Of a stretch of DNA of 57,181 nt, positions 28,827-38,817 are shown piece by piece. The translations under genes were made by a program, and so were the position numbers. The DNA comes from Bacteroidales bacterium (GTDB lineage Bacteria > Bacteroidota > Bacteroidia > Bacteroidales > UBA10428), in NCBI GenBank assembly GCA_016926375.1, contig JAFGOR010000101.1:1-57181 (forward strand). Direction: 5' to 3'. The notes beneath the pieces are model-generated. The model saw nothing but the letters and a program-made list of their open reading frames with translations, was not told the DNA's origin and did not search any database. Each line of letters starts with the position of its first letter. The stretch's first letter is position 1.

Positions 28827-31800
28827 TTATTTAATTTGGAATATCTGTATTTCACTGTTGTTATTTCCTACCAAAACAGCAGATTTGCTTTCATTGTCAT
28901 TAAGGCGGATCAGTGAAAGTGCCTTGACATCTCCCGGAACAAAAAATCCGGAAAGGGCAGGGGCAACTGTTGAGAAATTGCCCTTGCCATCACCTTTTAA
29001 AAATGTACCCACTCCGGCATCGTTTCTGGGTGTCGCCACTTCCACGTTGAAAAGATTACCTGCAGCAAGGATATCCTGTTTTCCATCCCTGTCAAAATCT
29101 TCAAGAATAATTCCGTTTGTGGATGACAACTGTGCTTCATTGGGCAAAGGATGCGGTATAAATTTACCATCACCGGTGTTTTCGAAGTAGTAACTGGCAA
29201 AGGTTTCAGCCTGAAGGTGCAAAGACTTCTCAAGCAAATCATTGGTGAATATATCTGAAACTGTGGCGGCACCAAATTCCGCGTATGTAGGAAATTTAAT
29301 GGCAATCCAGGGATTCTGGCTGACGAAACAGGATCTTCCCCTAAGCGGATATTGCTTTTCTTTCTGATAATAGCTGAGGACAATATCAGATCCTCCGTTA
29401 TTATTAAAATCTCCTGCATAAACGTCAAAAGTGTTGCCGGGTTTTGCCTGGTATCTGAAATTCAGGCCCAAATTTCCTGCCACAAAATCGATGTCCCCAT
29501 CCCCATCCATGTCGGCGCCTTCCACGCTGAACCACAAGCCACGGGTTCCTTCCAGAATATTCTTTTTAAATTTCCCGTTATGGTTTATAAAATAGCAAAT
29601 GGGCATCCATTCTCCTGCAACAACCAGGTCGGGCCATTCATCCCGGTTAATATCCATACAAACTGCCGAGGTTACCATGCCGATTTCCTTGAGATCCGGA
29701 GCCACTTTGGATGTAATATCTTCAAACCTTACCTGGCCATCGGCTGACTTATTTTCAAGGATATAGCTATCGGCAGGATAAGGATATTTCCAGGGGATTT
29801 GCCGTCCGCCGACAAACAAATCCAGGTCTCCGTCTTTATCAAAGTCAATTGGCTTCACACAGGAACCGCTTGAATAAATCCGGGGCAATCCATTTTCATC
29901 CTTGTGAAAATTGCCTTTTCCGTCATTGATGTATAACCGGTCGGCATATTCTGTTGACCCTGCCGGGAATTCGTAACCACCGCTCACCACATACAGGTCA
30001 AGGTCTTCATCTCCGTCTGCGTCAAAAAATAAAGCACCGGTAACATCCGTTTCAATATCTTTTTCCCAGGGTCCTGAATGATTTACAAAAGTTCCATTTT
30101 TCTGTTGCGTAAACAAAGCCGCCGGACTTTTCGCAGCATTGCCGATAAAGAAGTCTTCAAAGCTGTCGTTGTTGATGTCACCAACGGCAATGGCCGGACC
30201 CAACATCGACATTTTGTGAGGCAACAGCACCTGCTTCTGGTAATCATTAAAAGCATTTTCCCTATGAACAAAAACAGGATGACCCTGATTGGTTACTTCA
30301 TCAAATAGGGGCATCTGTTTTACTGACCGGGGAACAGCAGGTAATGCATCCGTGTGTTTTACAACAAGTTTCTGGTTGACACTGACATTCAGGAGCAACT
30401 GGTTTTTTCCGTCGGGCCATTTAATCAAAAGGGAATCAATCTCTTCATTTTGGGCGAGTCCGAAATAAAGTATAGGTTCCACTGAAGATTGATAACCCCT
30501 TGACAACGTAAGCTCGGCACATTGCATTTTCCCTTCGGTCCATAGAGTTACTTCCGATCCTATGCCCATTTTGTTTTTATTGGTTCCTTCAAAAGAAATT
30601 TTCAAATAGTTTCCGAGTGATTGTTCAAGAGCATTATTATTATATATAAATGCTTCTGCATCAATATTATTTACGATTAATTCGAGATCACCGTCATTAT
30701 CCAGGTCGGCATAAGCCATACCATTTGAATAACTCGTTTCAGTAATGTTCCATTCCTGGTTCACCTGCGAAAAGGTAAGATCGTGGTTATTCCGGTACAA
30801 ATAATTCGTCAGTGGCTTATAGGGCATTTTTTTGAGGAAGTACAGGTTTCTATCCTTTCCTTTAATGGTTTTCTGATCCGCAGTTTCTTCTATTTCGTTA
30901 AAAAAATCAATATTATTGATATCCCTGCGAGAGCCATTGGTAATGTATAAATCCTTCCACCCATCCAGATCAAAATCTGCAAACAGTGCTCCCCAGCTCC
31001 AATCGGTGGATGTTACACCTGCAATCCAGGCTGTATTGGAGAAGTGTGGCAGTCCGTTTTTATGAATACCTCTGTTCAATTGCAGCGTGCTGTAACGATA
31101 TTGAAAATTGAGACCTTGCTGGATCATCTCCTCAAAATCAGCCAGGGGCATACTGGTCATATTTTCTTTGGCCCGTTGATTATCTTCCGGAGCCATATCG
31201 ATTTGGAGGATGTCCTGCAAACCGTCATTATTAATATCAGCAATGTCAGCTCCCATTCCATAAAAAGAAGTCTGTGAGGCCATTTCCAGGCACCGGTCGG
31301 TGAAAGTGCCATTACCATTGTTCATATAAAAAAAATCGGGACTTGTAAAATCATTGGAAACATAAAGGTCCTTATATCCGTCCTGATTCAGGTCGCTGAC
31401 CGTGGCACTTAAAGTAAGGCCAAAATTTAACAGGCCAGCCTGTTCCGTAACGTCCGTAAATTTGCCATTACCTTCATTACGGTATAAATGGCTCGACTTA
31501 CTGTGTTGTGCATTACGCATCATCTGGCGGTAAAAATAGGGAGTCATTTGAAAATGGGTGATGGGGTAATTGGCCACGTATAAATCAAGATCACCATCGT
31601 TATCAAAATCAAAAAAAGTGCTGTGGGTGCTTTTGCCGTTATCGTCAATGCCATATTTTGCAGCTTCCTCGATAAAAACAGGGATGCCCACATGATTGTT
31701 ACCCTGGTTGACAAACAACATGTTCCTGCACATATCGGTAACGCCTGACACACTGATATAAATATCCGGCAGTCCGTCATCATTGATGTCGCAAACAGTT

Positions 31801-32171
31801 GATCCGAGCATCCAGCGGCCATCGCCCCCGGTTTGAGATATTTCGGTCACATCTTTGAATTTGAGATTGCCCTGGTTCAGGTAGAGCCTGTTGCTTACCA
31901 TGTTGCCGGTAAAATAGATATCAGTAAGCCCGTCGTTGTTAAAATCGGCCACTGAAACCCCGCCTCCCATATACATGTATGGGAACAGAAAGTAATTGAA
32001 AGTGTCGGTTTCGGTGAGCGTGTTTTGAAAGGTGACGCGTGTAAAAGAAGTGGGGAGTTTCTTAAAAAGTTTCTTCTTACCTGTAAATGAATTGCATGCA
32101 GAAAGTATCATGAACAGAATAATCAAGCCGGCAGGAAAGGAAAGTCTTTTACTAGAGTAGAGAATTGTCAT
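28827..32171 (-). CDS. FG-GAP/VCBS-repeat lipoprotein with ASPIC/UnbV domain, copy A
   Basis: Lipobox LSAC; DFNNDGLTD-type repeats; SRGYQSSVEP.LYFGL..IKWPDG. Confidence 0.88.
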   Translation of the reverse strand: MTILYSSKRLSFPAGLIILFMILSACNSFTGKKKLFKKLPTSFTRVTFQNTLTETDTFNYFLFPYMYMGGGVSVADFNNDGLTDIYFTGNMVSNRLYLNQGNLKFKDVTEISQTGGDGRWMLGSTVCDINDDGLPDIYISVSGVTDMCRNMLFVNQGNNHVGIPVFIEEAAKYGIDDNGKSTHSTFFDFDNDGDLDLYVANYPITHFQMTPYFYRQMMRNAQHSKSSHLYRNEGNGKFTDVTEQAGLLNFGLTLSATVSDLNQDGYKDLYVSNDFTSPDFFYMNNGNGTFTDRCLEMASQTSFYGMGADIADINNDGLQDILQIDMAPEDNQRAKENMTSMPLADFEEMIQQGLNFQYRYSTLQLNRGIHKNGLPHFSNTAWIAGVTSTDWSWGALFADFDLDGWKDLYITNGSRRDINNIDFFNEIEETADQKTIKGKDRNLYFLKKMPYKPLTNYLYRNNHDLTFSQVNQEWNITETSYSNGMAYADLDNDGDLELIVNNIDAEAFIYNNNALEQSLGNYLKISFEGTNKNKMGIGSEVTLWTEGKMQCAELTLSRGYQSSVEPILYFGLAQNEEIDSLLIKWPDGKNQLLLNVSVNQKLVVKHTDALPAVPRSVKQMPLFDEVTNQGHPVFVHRENAFNDYQKQVLLPHKMSMLGPAIAVGDINNDSFEDFFIGNAAKSPAALFTQQKNGTFVNHSGPWEKDIETDVTGALFFDADGDEDLDLYVVSGGYEFPAGSTEYADRLYINDGKGNFHKDENGLPRIYSSGSCVKPIDFDKDGDLDLFVGGRQIPWKYPYPADSYILENKSADGQVRFEDITSKVAPDLKEIGMVTSAVCMDINRDEWPDLVVAGEWMPICYFINHNGKFKKNILEGTRGLWFSVEGADMDGDGDIDFVAGNLGLNFRYQAKPGNTFDVYAGDFNNNGGSDIVLSYYQKEKQYPLRGRSCFVSQNPWIAIKFPTYAEFGAATVSDIFTNDLLEKSLHLQAETFASYYFENTGDGKFIPHPLPNEAQLSSTNGIILEDFDRDGKQDILAAGNLFNVEVATPRNDAGVGTFLKGDGKGNFSTVAPALSGFFVPGDVKALSLIRLNDNESKSAVLVGNNNSEIQIFQIK

Positions 32172-32206
32172 ATGATAATTAGCAAAAATAATTTTGGCAA
32201 TATAGC

Positions 32207-32242
32207 AAAAAAAAAATGGCCCGTATAAAGGGCCATTTTTTT
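32207..32242 (-). terminator. Bidirectional intrinsic terminator after the first susD
   Basis: A10-TGGCCC-loop-GGGCCA-T7. Confidence 0.8.
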
Positions 32243-32264
32243 ATTAGACTATTTCAGGAAGATA

Positions 32265-33914
32265 TTATTGTGCATATCCTGGATTCTGATCAGTAGTCTC
32301 GATATTGGTATTGCGATCGATTTCAGCTTGTGGAATGGGCCACAGGTGATTTCTTGCAGCAGAATATACCAAACCGGCCTGTTCAGTAATCGGAAGCCAG
32401 CTACCGTCTCCGTTATTGTCCCATGCGGGATCAATATTGGGATCGCTTACAAGCTGAGCGATGAATGCATCCAACTTGCCCCACCTTAAAAGGTCGTCAA
32501 AGCGGATTTGCTCACCGGCTAACTCAACTTTACGTTCATGTTCCAATGCATCCATAAATTCTGTCAGGTTTCCAACAGGATAAATGGCATCCATTTCTGG
32601 TGTGTCATAAAGAGGCATATCCACATCACCTCTTTGTCTTACCTGATTCATTAAAGCAATTGCAGCATCCAGATCACCACTGGGTCTGTTGGCTTCACAT
32701 TCAGCCATCATAAGCAGCACGTCTGCATAACGGATCACTTTCATATTGATACCGGAAGACATGTCAACAACGTTGGCTTGTTTGTAGTATGAATGGTATT
32801 TGTTCCAGCCCTGGCGTGTAACAATTTCAGTTTCACCACCCAAAACAGTAGTTACATCAGCTATTTCTACAGTACCGCCGAAATAGGTATCGCCATTCTG
32901 ATAAATGGTAAAGCCAAGTCTTGGGTCAGTTTTCACACCATTATCAGCAGCAGTCTCATATTCTGCGGTGAGATTATCTGAAGGATAAACATTGAACCAG
33001 TCACGCCAGCCGTATTCCTGATCTCTAAAGCAAGCCTCGTTCAAACCTACATCGGATCTGTCAGAATTCCAGCGAGCTGAATATCCTGCTTCTCTGCTGA
33101 ACTGAACTTCAAAAAGAGATTCAACACCATTTTCGGTTTCTTCTCTGAAATTGTTGGAAAAAACAGGTTCGAGGGAATATCCTTCTATTTCATTGAAAGC
33201 GTCTAAAGCCGACTGATATTTTTCCTGATATAACCTGGCTTTTCCAAGCAATGCCCATGCAGCACCTTTTGTTGCTCTGCCAAGTTCTTCATCGGCTTTG
33301 TTCAATAATAATGTTGTAGCATCAACAAGGTCTCGTTCGATAAGTTCCCAAACTTCGGCAACATCAGTACACCTGGCCTTGCCAACATTATCTGCCGGAG
33401 CGATTTCATAAATCGGAATTCTTCCGTACCTGTTCACAAGCATGAAATAATACAGAGCACGCATAAATTTTGCTTCACCAATGAATTTGTCCTTCCTTTC
33501 CTGAGGAGTTACACTTTCGGGTATCAAAGCTATTTTTTCGACGTTGTTAATCACAAAATTAGCTTTATTAATACCCCTGTAGCAACTTTCCCAGAAACCT
33601 TCAATAGCACCATGAGAAGCGTTAAAAGTAAAATCGAGATATTCTCTCTTATCTGCTTCTAATTGAGTGTTGCCTGAGGTTTCATGTGACATGTTATCAA
33701 GTCCGAACCACATATGGCGGTTGTACAAACTGGTTGTCTGTAAACTTCCGTAGATGGAATTGACAGCAGACTGCAACTGAGCATCTGTGGTAAAATAGGT
33801 CTCAGGAGACAGATCGTTAGGATTCTTGAGCTCAAGTTTATCCGCATCGCAAGAATTTATTGCCAATGCACCAAGGACCAGTGCAGGAATAAATAATAAC
33901 TTATTTATTTTCAT
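32265..33914 (-). CDS. RagB/SusD family lipoprotein, copy A
   Basis: Lipobox INSC; GEAKFMRA, GRATKGAA, IRYADVLLM and HERKVEL motifs; directly after SusC. Confidence 0.93.
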   Translation of the reverse strand: MKINKLLFIPALVLGALAINSCDADKLELKNPNDLSPETYFTTDAQLQSAVNSIYGSLQTTSLYNRHMWFGLDNMSHETSGNTQLEADKREYLDFTFNASHGAIEGFWESCYRGINKANFVINNVEKIALIPESVTPQERKDKFIGEAKFMRALYYFMLVNRYGRIPIYEIAPADNVGKARCTDVAEVWELIERDLVDATTLLLNKADEELGRATKGAAWALLGKARLYQEKYQSALDAFNEIEGYSLEPVFSNNFREETENGVESLFEVQFSREAGYSARWNSDRSDVGLNEACFRDQEYGWRDWFNVYPSDNLTAEYETAADNGVKTDPRLGFTIYQNGDTYFGGTVEIADVTTVLGGETEIVTRQGWNKYHSYYKQANVVDMSSGINMKVIRYADVLLMMAECEANRPSGDLDAAIALMNQVRQRGDVDMPLYDTPEMDAIYPVGNLTEFMDALEHERKVELAGEQIRFDDLLRWGKLDAFIAQLVSDPNIDPAWDNNGDGSWLPITEQAGLVYSAARNHLWPIPQAEIDRNTNIETTDQNPGYAQ

Positions 33915-33934
33915 AATTTCTTTGGTTTTTAAAA

Positions 33935-36900
33935 TTAGAATGTAAGCTGAATACCTGTTGTGATAGATTTCGGCGTCGGGTAATTACCATAATCGATACC
34001 ATTGGAGAAGTTAACTGCAGCTCCTCTTCCGCCAATCGAGTTAGCACCAGCTCCGTTAACTGAATAAGCACCTATTTCAGGATCAAGTCCTTCATATTTG
34101 GTTAATGTAATCAGGTTCTGACCGCTGACATAAATTCTTACTTTGGTAATTTTGTTTTTCAGAATACTGGAAGGAACGGTATATCCAAGGGTAAGGTTTT
34201 TTAACCTGGTATAGGAACCATCCTGTACAAAGCGGGTTGAAGGATCGGTATTGTTTGCATGGATACCGGCTCTCGGTATGGTGTTGGACGGATTGGTCGG
34301 TGTCCAGCGGTCCAAAACAGCGGTACCGGCATTGAACAAGCGGTCCATACCTTCCAGGTCCCAGATATTGGTATTGTAAATGTCCTGGCCATAAGCACCG
34401 GCAATGAAAAGATTCAGGTCAAAACCCTTATAAGATGCATTCACATCAAGACCAAGAGTCATTTTCGGGAATGGATTCCCAATGTTACCTCTGTCAGAGC
34501 TGCTGATGGAACCATCGCCATCTGTGTCAACAATACGGAAGTCACCGGCTGCAGCTCCACCAACAGTGGCCTGTGAGCCGTCCAAATAGTCAAGAGCTTC
34601 CTGATCCGTCTGGAAAATACCGTCAAATGTATATCCATAGAAGAAGAAGGCGGGTTCACCAACTTCGCAACGGGTAAGGTTATCACCTTCAAATCCACCA
34701 CCTTCAATTACAGTTGCCTTACCTAATGACAAGATTTCGTTTTTAGCGGTACCAAGATTCAAATTGGCTGACCATTGGAAGTCGCCTTCAAAATCATTAT
34801 AACCGAATACAAATTCAAAACCTTTGGATTCTACTGAACCGGCATTTTCAGAAATGCTTCCGGTAAAATCGCCTAATGAATTAGCCAAAGGAGCAGGCAT
34901 CAGCAGGTCATCACTTTTGTTGATGAAATATTCAGCAGCAAGGGTGAATCTGTTTTGGAACAGGCCTAAGTCAATACCGACGTTGGTCATGGTTGTTTCC
35001 TCCCACTTCAGGTCAGGATTGGCAGCTCCCCGTGGAGTGGTACCCTGAACAGCTAAATCATTAATAACATAGTACATATCGGAAGTAAGCGTTGCAGAAT
35101 AAGCATAGTTTCCAATCTTGTCGTTACCTGCTTTACCCCAGCTACCTCTCAGTTTTAAATTGCTGATTGCAGCGATATTTGACATAAAAGCTTCTTTATT
35201 GATATTCCAGCCCAAAGCAACAGAAGGGAAAGTACCCCATCTGTTATTGGCACCAAACCGGGAAGAAGCATCTTTTCTGATTGATGCAGCCAACAAATAT
35301 TTCTGATTGAAATTATAGTTCAACCTTCCCAGGTAACCAATACGGCCATACTCAGATAAATTGGAGCCGGCTGATAAATTCAACTGTGAAAGCTGTCTTA
35401 CTTCGTCGGTTATTGAGTTTTCACTGGAAACATTTTGAGTTCTTGTTGTAATCTCACTGTTTTCAATAACTCCCAGCAATTCGAAATTATGTTTCTCAGC
35501 CAAAGTTTTGGTATAGGTTAAGCTGTTGGTAAACAGAATTGAATTATAGTTGGAAGTATTCTTACGTATGATGGCATTGGGTGCATTATGTGTGGCATCA
35601 ATATTGTCATCATCGTAGGAGGGTTGGAACTGATCGTCAAGAACCCTAACCACTTCATAACCCACCAATGATTTAAATTTTAAACCGTTGATAATTTCCA
35701 ATTCTGCATATAAGTCACCAATGATACCTGTTGAATTTGATACCCAATGGTTTAATTTCATAATGCGAACCGGGTTTTCAGCATCCTGACCGTCAACACC
35801 GGAATTCGGGCCCTGGAAACCACCTTTATTATCGGGATTGTAAACAGGCAGATATGGAGCCGATTTAATGGCATGTTCAATAAGCGAACGGCCACCAGAG
35901 TTCAGTTCAGGGCGTTGCCTGGCGAATGAAATACCGATGTTTTCACCGATTTTCAAACGGCCAATCTTAAAGTCGCTATTTGCACGTACGTTATAACGCT
36001 CATATCCCGTATTGATGAAAATACCTTCCTGATTTAAGTAGCCTGCGGATACTCTGAAGCTTGCATTTTCTGTACCACCGGAAGCGCTTAAGTTATAATT
36101 TTCCATTTTACCTTTTTGGAAAATCTCATCCTGCCAATCGGTTTCGCCACCTTCAGGTCTGCCGGGGAGAATTCCGTTGAGACGGTCTGCATAAACAGGA
36201 TTATTGAATACCGCTGCACCGCCCCAAGCTTCAACAGCATATTGTTCATACTGATCATTATTCATAACATCATATCTTGCATTTGACCACTGCGTACCAT
36301 AATATGCATCAAAGCTGATTACTGATTTTGCAGCTGAAGAACCTTTTTTGGTGGTAATCATAATGACACCATTGGAACCTTGCGATCCGTAAATTGCAGT
36401 TGTGGAAGCATCTTTCAGAATTTGCATTGATTCGATATCATTGGGGTTGATACCTGCAATTGAAGAAGCTATTACACCATCAACAACATACAAGGGGTCA
36501 TTGTTGTTTACAGTATTAATACCTCTAACACGCATGGTAGGAGCAGTACCAGGAGCACCATTGTTGATAACTGTTACACCAGCTGCACGGCCCTGTAATG
36601 CCTGATCAAGAGTTCCTGTAGGTATGGCAGTAAGTTTTTCTGAAGTAACGGATGTAACGGCACCGGTTACCTCAATTCTCTTCTGTGTACCATATCCAAC
36701 TACAACAACTTCTTCGAGGCTCTGAACATCGGGTGCCAAAGCAACGTTGAGAACAGTCTGGTTGGTAACGGTAATTTCCTCAGGCATATAACCAATAAAG
36801 CTGACAACCAAAACGTCACCTGCTTTAGCGTCAATGGAGAAATTTCCATCTACATCAGCAACAGCGCCGCGGGTTGTACCTTTAACCTGAACATTGGCGC

Positions 36901-37333
36901 CCGGAAGAGGTTCCTGTGTACTGGCATCAGTAATGGTACCCTTTATGGCAACCTGCTGCAGATTGGTCTTCGGAGTTAATACTACAAGGTTGTCATTGAA
37001 TACCTTGTAAGTAATGTCTGAAGTTTCGAAAAGTTTTTCCAGAATCTGCTCAACATTCTGATTTTCAATATTCATACTGACAACATTGTCAATATAATTG
37101 AAATCGTCGTTGTAGAAGAACCTGAACTGACTTTGCTGCTCCAGGATCTGGAAAACCTCACGTACAGTTTTCCCGTTCAAATCCAGGCTGAATTTGGTAT
37201 TCTGTGAATACACAGATGCGCCCAGATTCAAAGACAAAGCAATTGAAAATAGCGTAGTTAGTTTCATAATTAGGATTAGTTTTTTAAGTCTCCTTTTGTG
37301 AGGGGAAACTTCATCACAAAAATTGTTTTTCAT
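33935..37333 (-). CDS. SusC/RagA TonB-dependent transporter with N-terminal signalling (STN) extension
   Basis: LEEVVVVGYGTQ, LKDAS.TAIYG..G.NGVI.ITTK and NPDLKWE motifs; C-terminal F; long N-terminal extension. Confidence 0.95.
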   Translation of the reverse strand: MKNNFCDEVSPHKRRLKKLILIMKLTTLFSIALSLNLGASVYSQNTKFSLDLNGKTVREVFQILEQQSQFRFFYNDDFNYIDNVVSMNIENQNVEQILEKLFETSDITYKVFNDNLVVLTPKTNLQQVAIKGTITDASTQEPLPGANVQVKGTTRGAVADVDGNFSIDAKAGDVLVVSFIGYMPEEITVTNQTVLNVALAPDVQSLEEVVVVGYGTQKRIEVTGAVTSVTSEKLTAIPTGTLDQALQGRAAGVTVINNGAPGTAPTMRVRGINTVNNNDPLYVVDGVIASSIAGINPNDIESMQILKDASTTAIYGSQGSNGVIMITTKKGSSAAKSVISFDAYYGTQWSNARYDVMNNDQYEQYAVEAWGGAAVFNNPVYADRLNGILPGRPEGGETDWQDEIFQKGKMENYNLSASGGTENASFRVSAGYLNQEGIFINTGYERYNVRANSDFKIGRLKIGENIGISFARQRPELNSGGRSLIEHAIKSAPYLPVYNPDNKGGFQGPNSGVDGQDAENPVRIMKLNHWVSNSTGIIGDLYAELEIINGLKFKSLVGYEVVRVLDDQFQPSYDDDNIDATHNAPNAIIRKNTSNYNSILFTNSLTYTKTLAEKHNFELLGVIENSEITTRTQNVSSENSITDEVRQLSQLNLSAGSNLSEYGRIGYLGRLNYNFNQKYLLAASIRKDASSRFGANNRWGTFPSVALGWNINKEAFMSNIAAISNLKLRGSWGKAGNDKIGNYAYSATLTSDMYYVINDLAVQGTTPRGAANPDLKWEETTMTNVGIDLGLFQNRFTLAAEYFINKSDDLLMPAPLANSLGDFTGSISENAGSVESKGFEFVFGYNDFEGDFQWSANLNLGTAKNEILSLGKATVIEGGGFEGDNLTRCEVGEPAFFFYGYTFDGIFQTDQEALDYLDGSQATVGGAAAGDFRIVDTDGDGSISSSDRGNIGNPFPKMTLGLDVNASYKGFDLNLFIAGAYGQDIYNTNIWDLEGMDRLFNAGTAVLDRWTPTNPSNTIPRAGIHANNTDPSTRFVQDGSYTRLKNLTLGYTVPSSILKNKITKVRIYVSGQNLITLTKYEGLDPEIGAYSVNGAGANSIGGRGAAVNFSNGIDYGNYPTPKSITTGIQLTF

Positions 37334-37456
37334 AATTTCGAGTTGTTTTTAGAGTTAGACATTTATTGATGCAGGTTTAATTCGATTAACAATGCATTAT
37401 TGATGTTTTACTAGATGATTCAGGGAGCAGATGTCATGGTCTGTTCCCTTTTTTTT
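37333..37456 (+). ncRNA. Candidate cis-antisense sRNA to the susC leader (DonS-like)
   Basis: TAATTTCG (-7-like, 1 mismatch) overlaps the susC ATG; + strand terminator AGGGAGCAGA...TCTGTTCCCT-T7 at 37422-37456. Confidence 0.5.
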
Positions 37457-37526
37457 ACTTTTAATTCATCATGGGCACTTTTTGTTAAAAGGTTAATAAT
37501 AAGGTTATACAGGTTTACTTTTATCT

Positions 37527-38681
37527 TCATTTCTTTTTCAGGTGATCACTGAATTTCTTGGTCATCTGTTGGTTTTCAAATATTTTAACTGTCTTCCCCT
37601 CCAGTTCATAATCAATGGGGGCAGACAGTTTAATTACATCCAGCACCTGTGTAAGGGTTTCATCTTCCAGGGTGCCGGTAAAACGAAAATGCCTTATAAT
37701 ATCTGATTCATACGAAAAGGTAACGTCGTATTTGCGTTCCAATTTAGTCAAAATATTACCGAATTCTTCACTTTTGAAAACAAGTTTGTTATCTTTCCAT
37801 GAAATGATAGGATCAGGATTGATCTCAGCAGCTAAATAAACAACTCCCTTTTTCAGTTTGAGCACTTCAGGTTTGACTTCCCTGATGACAACCATTTCCT
37901 GAATCGTCAGCTTGCTGTCTTCCTTAATATAAACTGCTTTTTGAAGGGGTTTCAGTGAGATTGCTTCTGATTTTTTCTGCTTCAGCTTGTTGTGCCAGAT
38001 GGAAACACTGCCTTCAATCAGGGTGGTTTCAACAAAGTCTTCGTCGCCGTATGCTTTTACGTTGAATTCTGTTCCAACTGCAACTATGTTAAGATCAGCG
38101 GTTTTTACATTGAAGGGGAGCCGGGCATTTTTAGCAACAATAAAATAAGCTTCGCCCTCGAGCAGGATGTCTCTGTTTTTCTTGTTGAAAATATCGGGAT
38201 ATTTGATTTTACTTCCGGCATTGAGCCAAACTCTGGATCCGTCAGGGAGCAGTACCTCTGACCTTGCACCGAGCGGTGCTTTGATTTCATTATAGGAAAC
38301 AGCAACTGGTTGTTCCGGCCTGTTAAACATAAGAAAAGAGAATACCCCTCCTCCTGTAAACATGAGCAAAAATAAAGCGGCAATCCGCAAAAACTGCCAC
38401 ATTTTTTCTTTGTGAAACAAATTGGCTTTACTTTTTTCCGTATCGGAAACCGGCAGGGAAGTTTTGATATTATTAAAAATGTGTCTGAAATCAACATCTC
38501 CTTGAATGGATTTGTTGACATGGTAAGCATTCAGATCTTCCAATAACCATTCTTTAATCAAACTTTCATTTGTTGAATCGGCAAGCCAGTCCCACAATTT
38601 CCTCAGCTCACTTCCTGTACACTCCTGCCTGTTAAACTTCATGAAAAGTTCTTTGTATTCAATAATACCCATGCGCACCAA
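37527..38681 (-). CDS. FecR family anti-sigma factor
   Basis: One TM helix; LPDGS.VWLNAGS, L.GEAYF.V, GTEFNV and FTG motifs; exact start uncertain. Confidence 0.92.
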   Translation of the reverse strand: MVRMGIIEYKELFMKFNRQECTGSELRKLWDWLADSTNESLIKEWLLEDLNAYHVNKSIQGDVDFRHIFNNIKTSLPVSDTEKSKANLFHKEKMWQFLRIAALFLLMFTGGGVFSFLMFNRPEQPVAVSYNEIKAPLGARSEVLLPDGSRVWLNAGSKIKYPDIFNKKNRDILLEGEAYFIVAKNARLPFNVKTADLNIVAVGTEFNVKAYGDEDFVETTLIEGSVSIWHNKLKQKKSEAISLKPLQKAVYIKEDSKLTIQEMVVIREVKPEVLKLKKGVVYLAAEINPDPIISWKDNKLVFKSEEFGNILTKLERKYDVTFSYESDIIRHFRFTGTLEDETLTQVLDVIKLSAPIDYELEGKTVKIFENQQMTKKFSDHLKKK

Positions 38682-38817
38682 TAATACGTGAACATAATTT
38701 TTCCTGCCCTATTAATACATCTATGTGACATGAAGTACTCACAAGAAATTAAAAAAAAATTAAAAAAAGATTAAAATGCTGTTAACAAGAAGCGGGTAGA
38801 TGATCATAAATTGCAGA

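Noticed and set aside
23746-32171. Enediyne biosynthetic cluster suggested by the UnbV domains
   Set aside because: There is no PKS, thioesterase or other enediyne cassette gene, and the context is SusCD uptake.
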